64,000 nucleotides of DNA from the human T2T-CHM13v2.0 reference genome, Homo sapiens. Both the position numbers and the translations under genes were made by a program. The notes under the pieces were generated by a model, which saw only the letters and a program-made list of their open reading frames with translations, did no database searches and had not been told where the DNA came from. Where the stretch lies: assembly GCF_009914755.1 (NCBI RefSeq), contig NC_060928.1. One strand, 5' to 3'. Positions 62,831 through 64,000 of the stretch are shown piece by piece. Positions within the stretch are counted from its first letter, which is position 1, and each line of letters starts with the position of its first letter.

Positions 62831-64000
62831 GAATGATCTCTTCCTGTCCTTGCTTTCAGCCATGAAGGTATTTTAACATTATAGATATAAGAATAAGATT
62901 AATTTCCAACAGATTGTGAAATAAAAAGTAAGTGTATAAATTACATAGAATCATTTTCAGTAAAGTGACTTCAAGCCCTCAGAATTCCAACATACTAATG
63001 CCAAGGGAAAATACTATATGTCAATTAGGAAGGTTTACTTATTATTGAAAGCATGGAAATGAGAAAGTCATTGGGACAAAACAGGCTGACCTATCTGTAA
63101 CAGAAATAGCTGCCTTCTCCTTGTGGGCAAAAGTAGAAATATTGCAACCTCAAATAAATCATTTTTTTGTCGGATTAATGCTTCTGGCCCAGTAAAGGTT
63201 TATGCAGAAATTTGAGAAAGCCACCTGGCTTTTTAAGGTAAACTCTGATGGCTCTCAAACTTTGTTTACCTGCCTGGCTCAATAACTGTTCTTTTTTCTT
63301 TGCAAATAGAATACCAAATTTGAGAGTGCAATATTCCTGGCTGAAAATCTGTAGTCCCGGGATATCTTACAGCTAACTTTTGTGATGTAATGCTGTCAGA
63401 AATTGTAAAAGGTTGGGAATTTTATCCTATTTGCAAGCTAGCAAGTTAGCCTGCATCACTTTCATGGATGCTGGTGGAAAATACTAGGCTTTTAGATTGT
63501 ATAGAGAGACTTTATTACTCATGGTACAGCAAGCAGCATGACCCTCATAGTAATGTCTGTTTCTGTTGCCCTCAAGTTCCACAAAACAATGTGGAGCAGT
63601 TCAAGTGAATACCCTATGTGTAATGGGCTTGTATGGCAGCTGAGAAACCCTGAGCTTGGGGAATCCATGTGTCTTGTTCCCTAATAAGAATTCCTGTTTT
63701 CAAAATGTGTAGTAACACAGGAGACCTATGGAGAATTGTCTCCCAATAATGTAATAGTCACATTCTTTCTACAACGTTGTTGGCTAATAGTAAATTTCCC
63801 CCGTGAGATTGCCACTCCTCTAGTTAATCTGAATGGTGGGGATTGCGATCAAATCCATTCAGTTTTTCTCATCTGTATTTATTTAAAGAGACTATAAACA
63901 GGACTTTAATGAGCAGGATTGATCTCAACCATGCCCACCAGGGTCCTGGACCCAGTCAGCTGAACAAATACTATGAACCACTGAAGTTTACTTTAAAAAG

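Overview
AT-rich primate genomic DNA, very likely human, from inside the GRID2 gene (glutamate receptor delta-2, GluD2) on the + strand. The first ~58.7 kb is the 3' end of a very large intron. It is followed by one 285-bp coding exon (58679-58963, phase 1/1, N-terminal domain; exon 3 by my recollection) and the start of the next intron. The rest is retrotransposons (Alu, L1, L2, MIR, THE1/MST/MLT1/MER21 LTRs), DNA transposon relics (Tigger, MER82, MER20, MER5, MADE1) and microsatellites. The most notable structure is at 11.0-16.4 kb. A twin-primed (5'-inverted) L1PA appears to carry ~820 bp of 3'-transduced DNA, closed by its own poly(A) signal, A-tail and a 14-bp target-site duplication (TSD). 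A ~290-bp piece of that insertion was later copied 2.9 kb downstream, next to an 80-bp perfect palindrome. Other highlights: a ~195-bp inverted duplication that preserves an empty Alu target site, AT-rich cruciform-prone palindromes, and inverted Alus flanking a symmetric, stop-free exon that could form a circRNA with an endless ORF. Repeat subfamily calls come from remembered consensus sequences, and their boundaries are approximate unless TSDs/TIRs are given. I found no prokaryotic-type system, CRISPR array or RNA gene.
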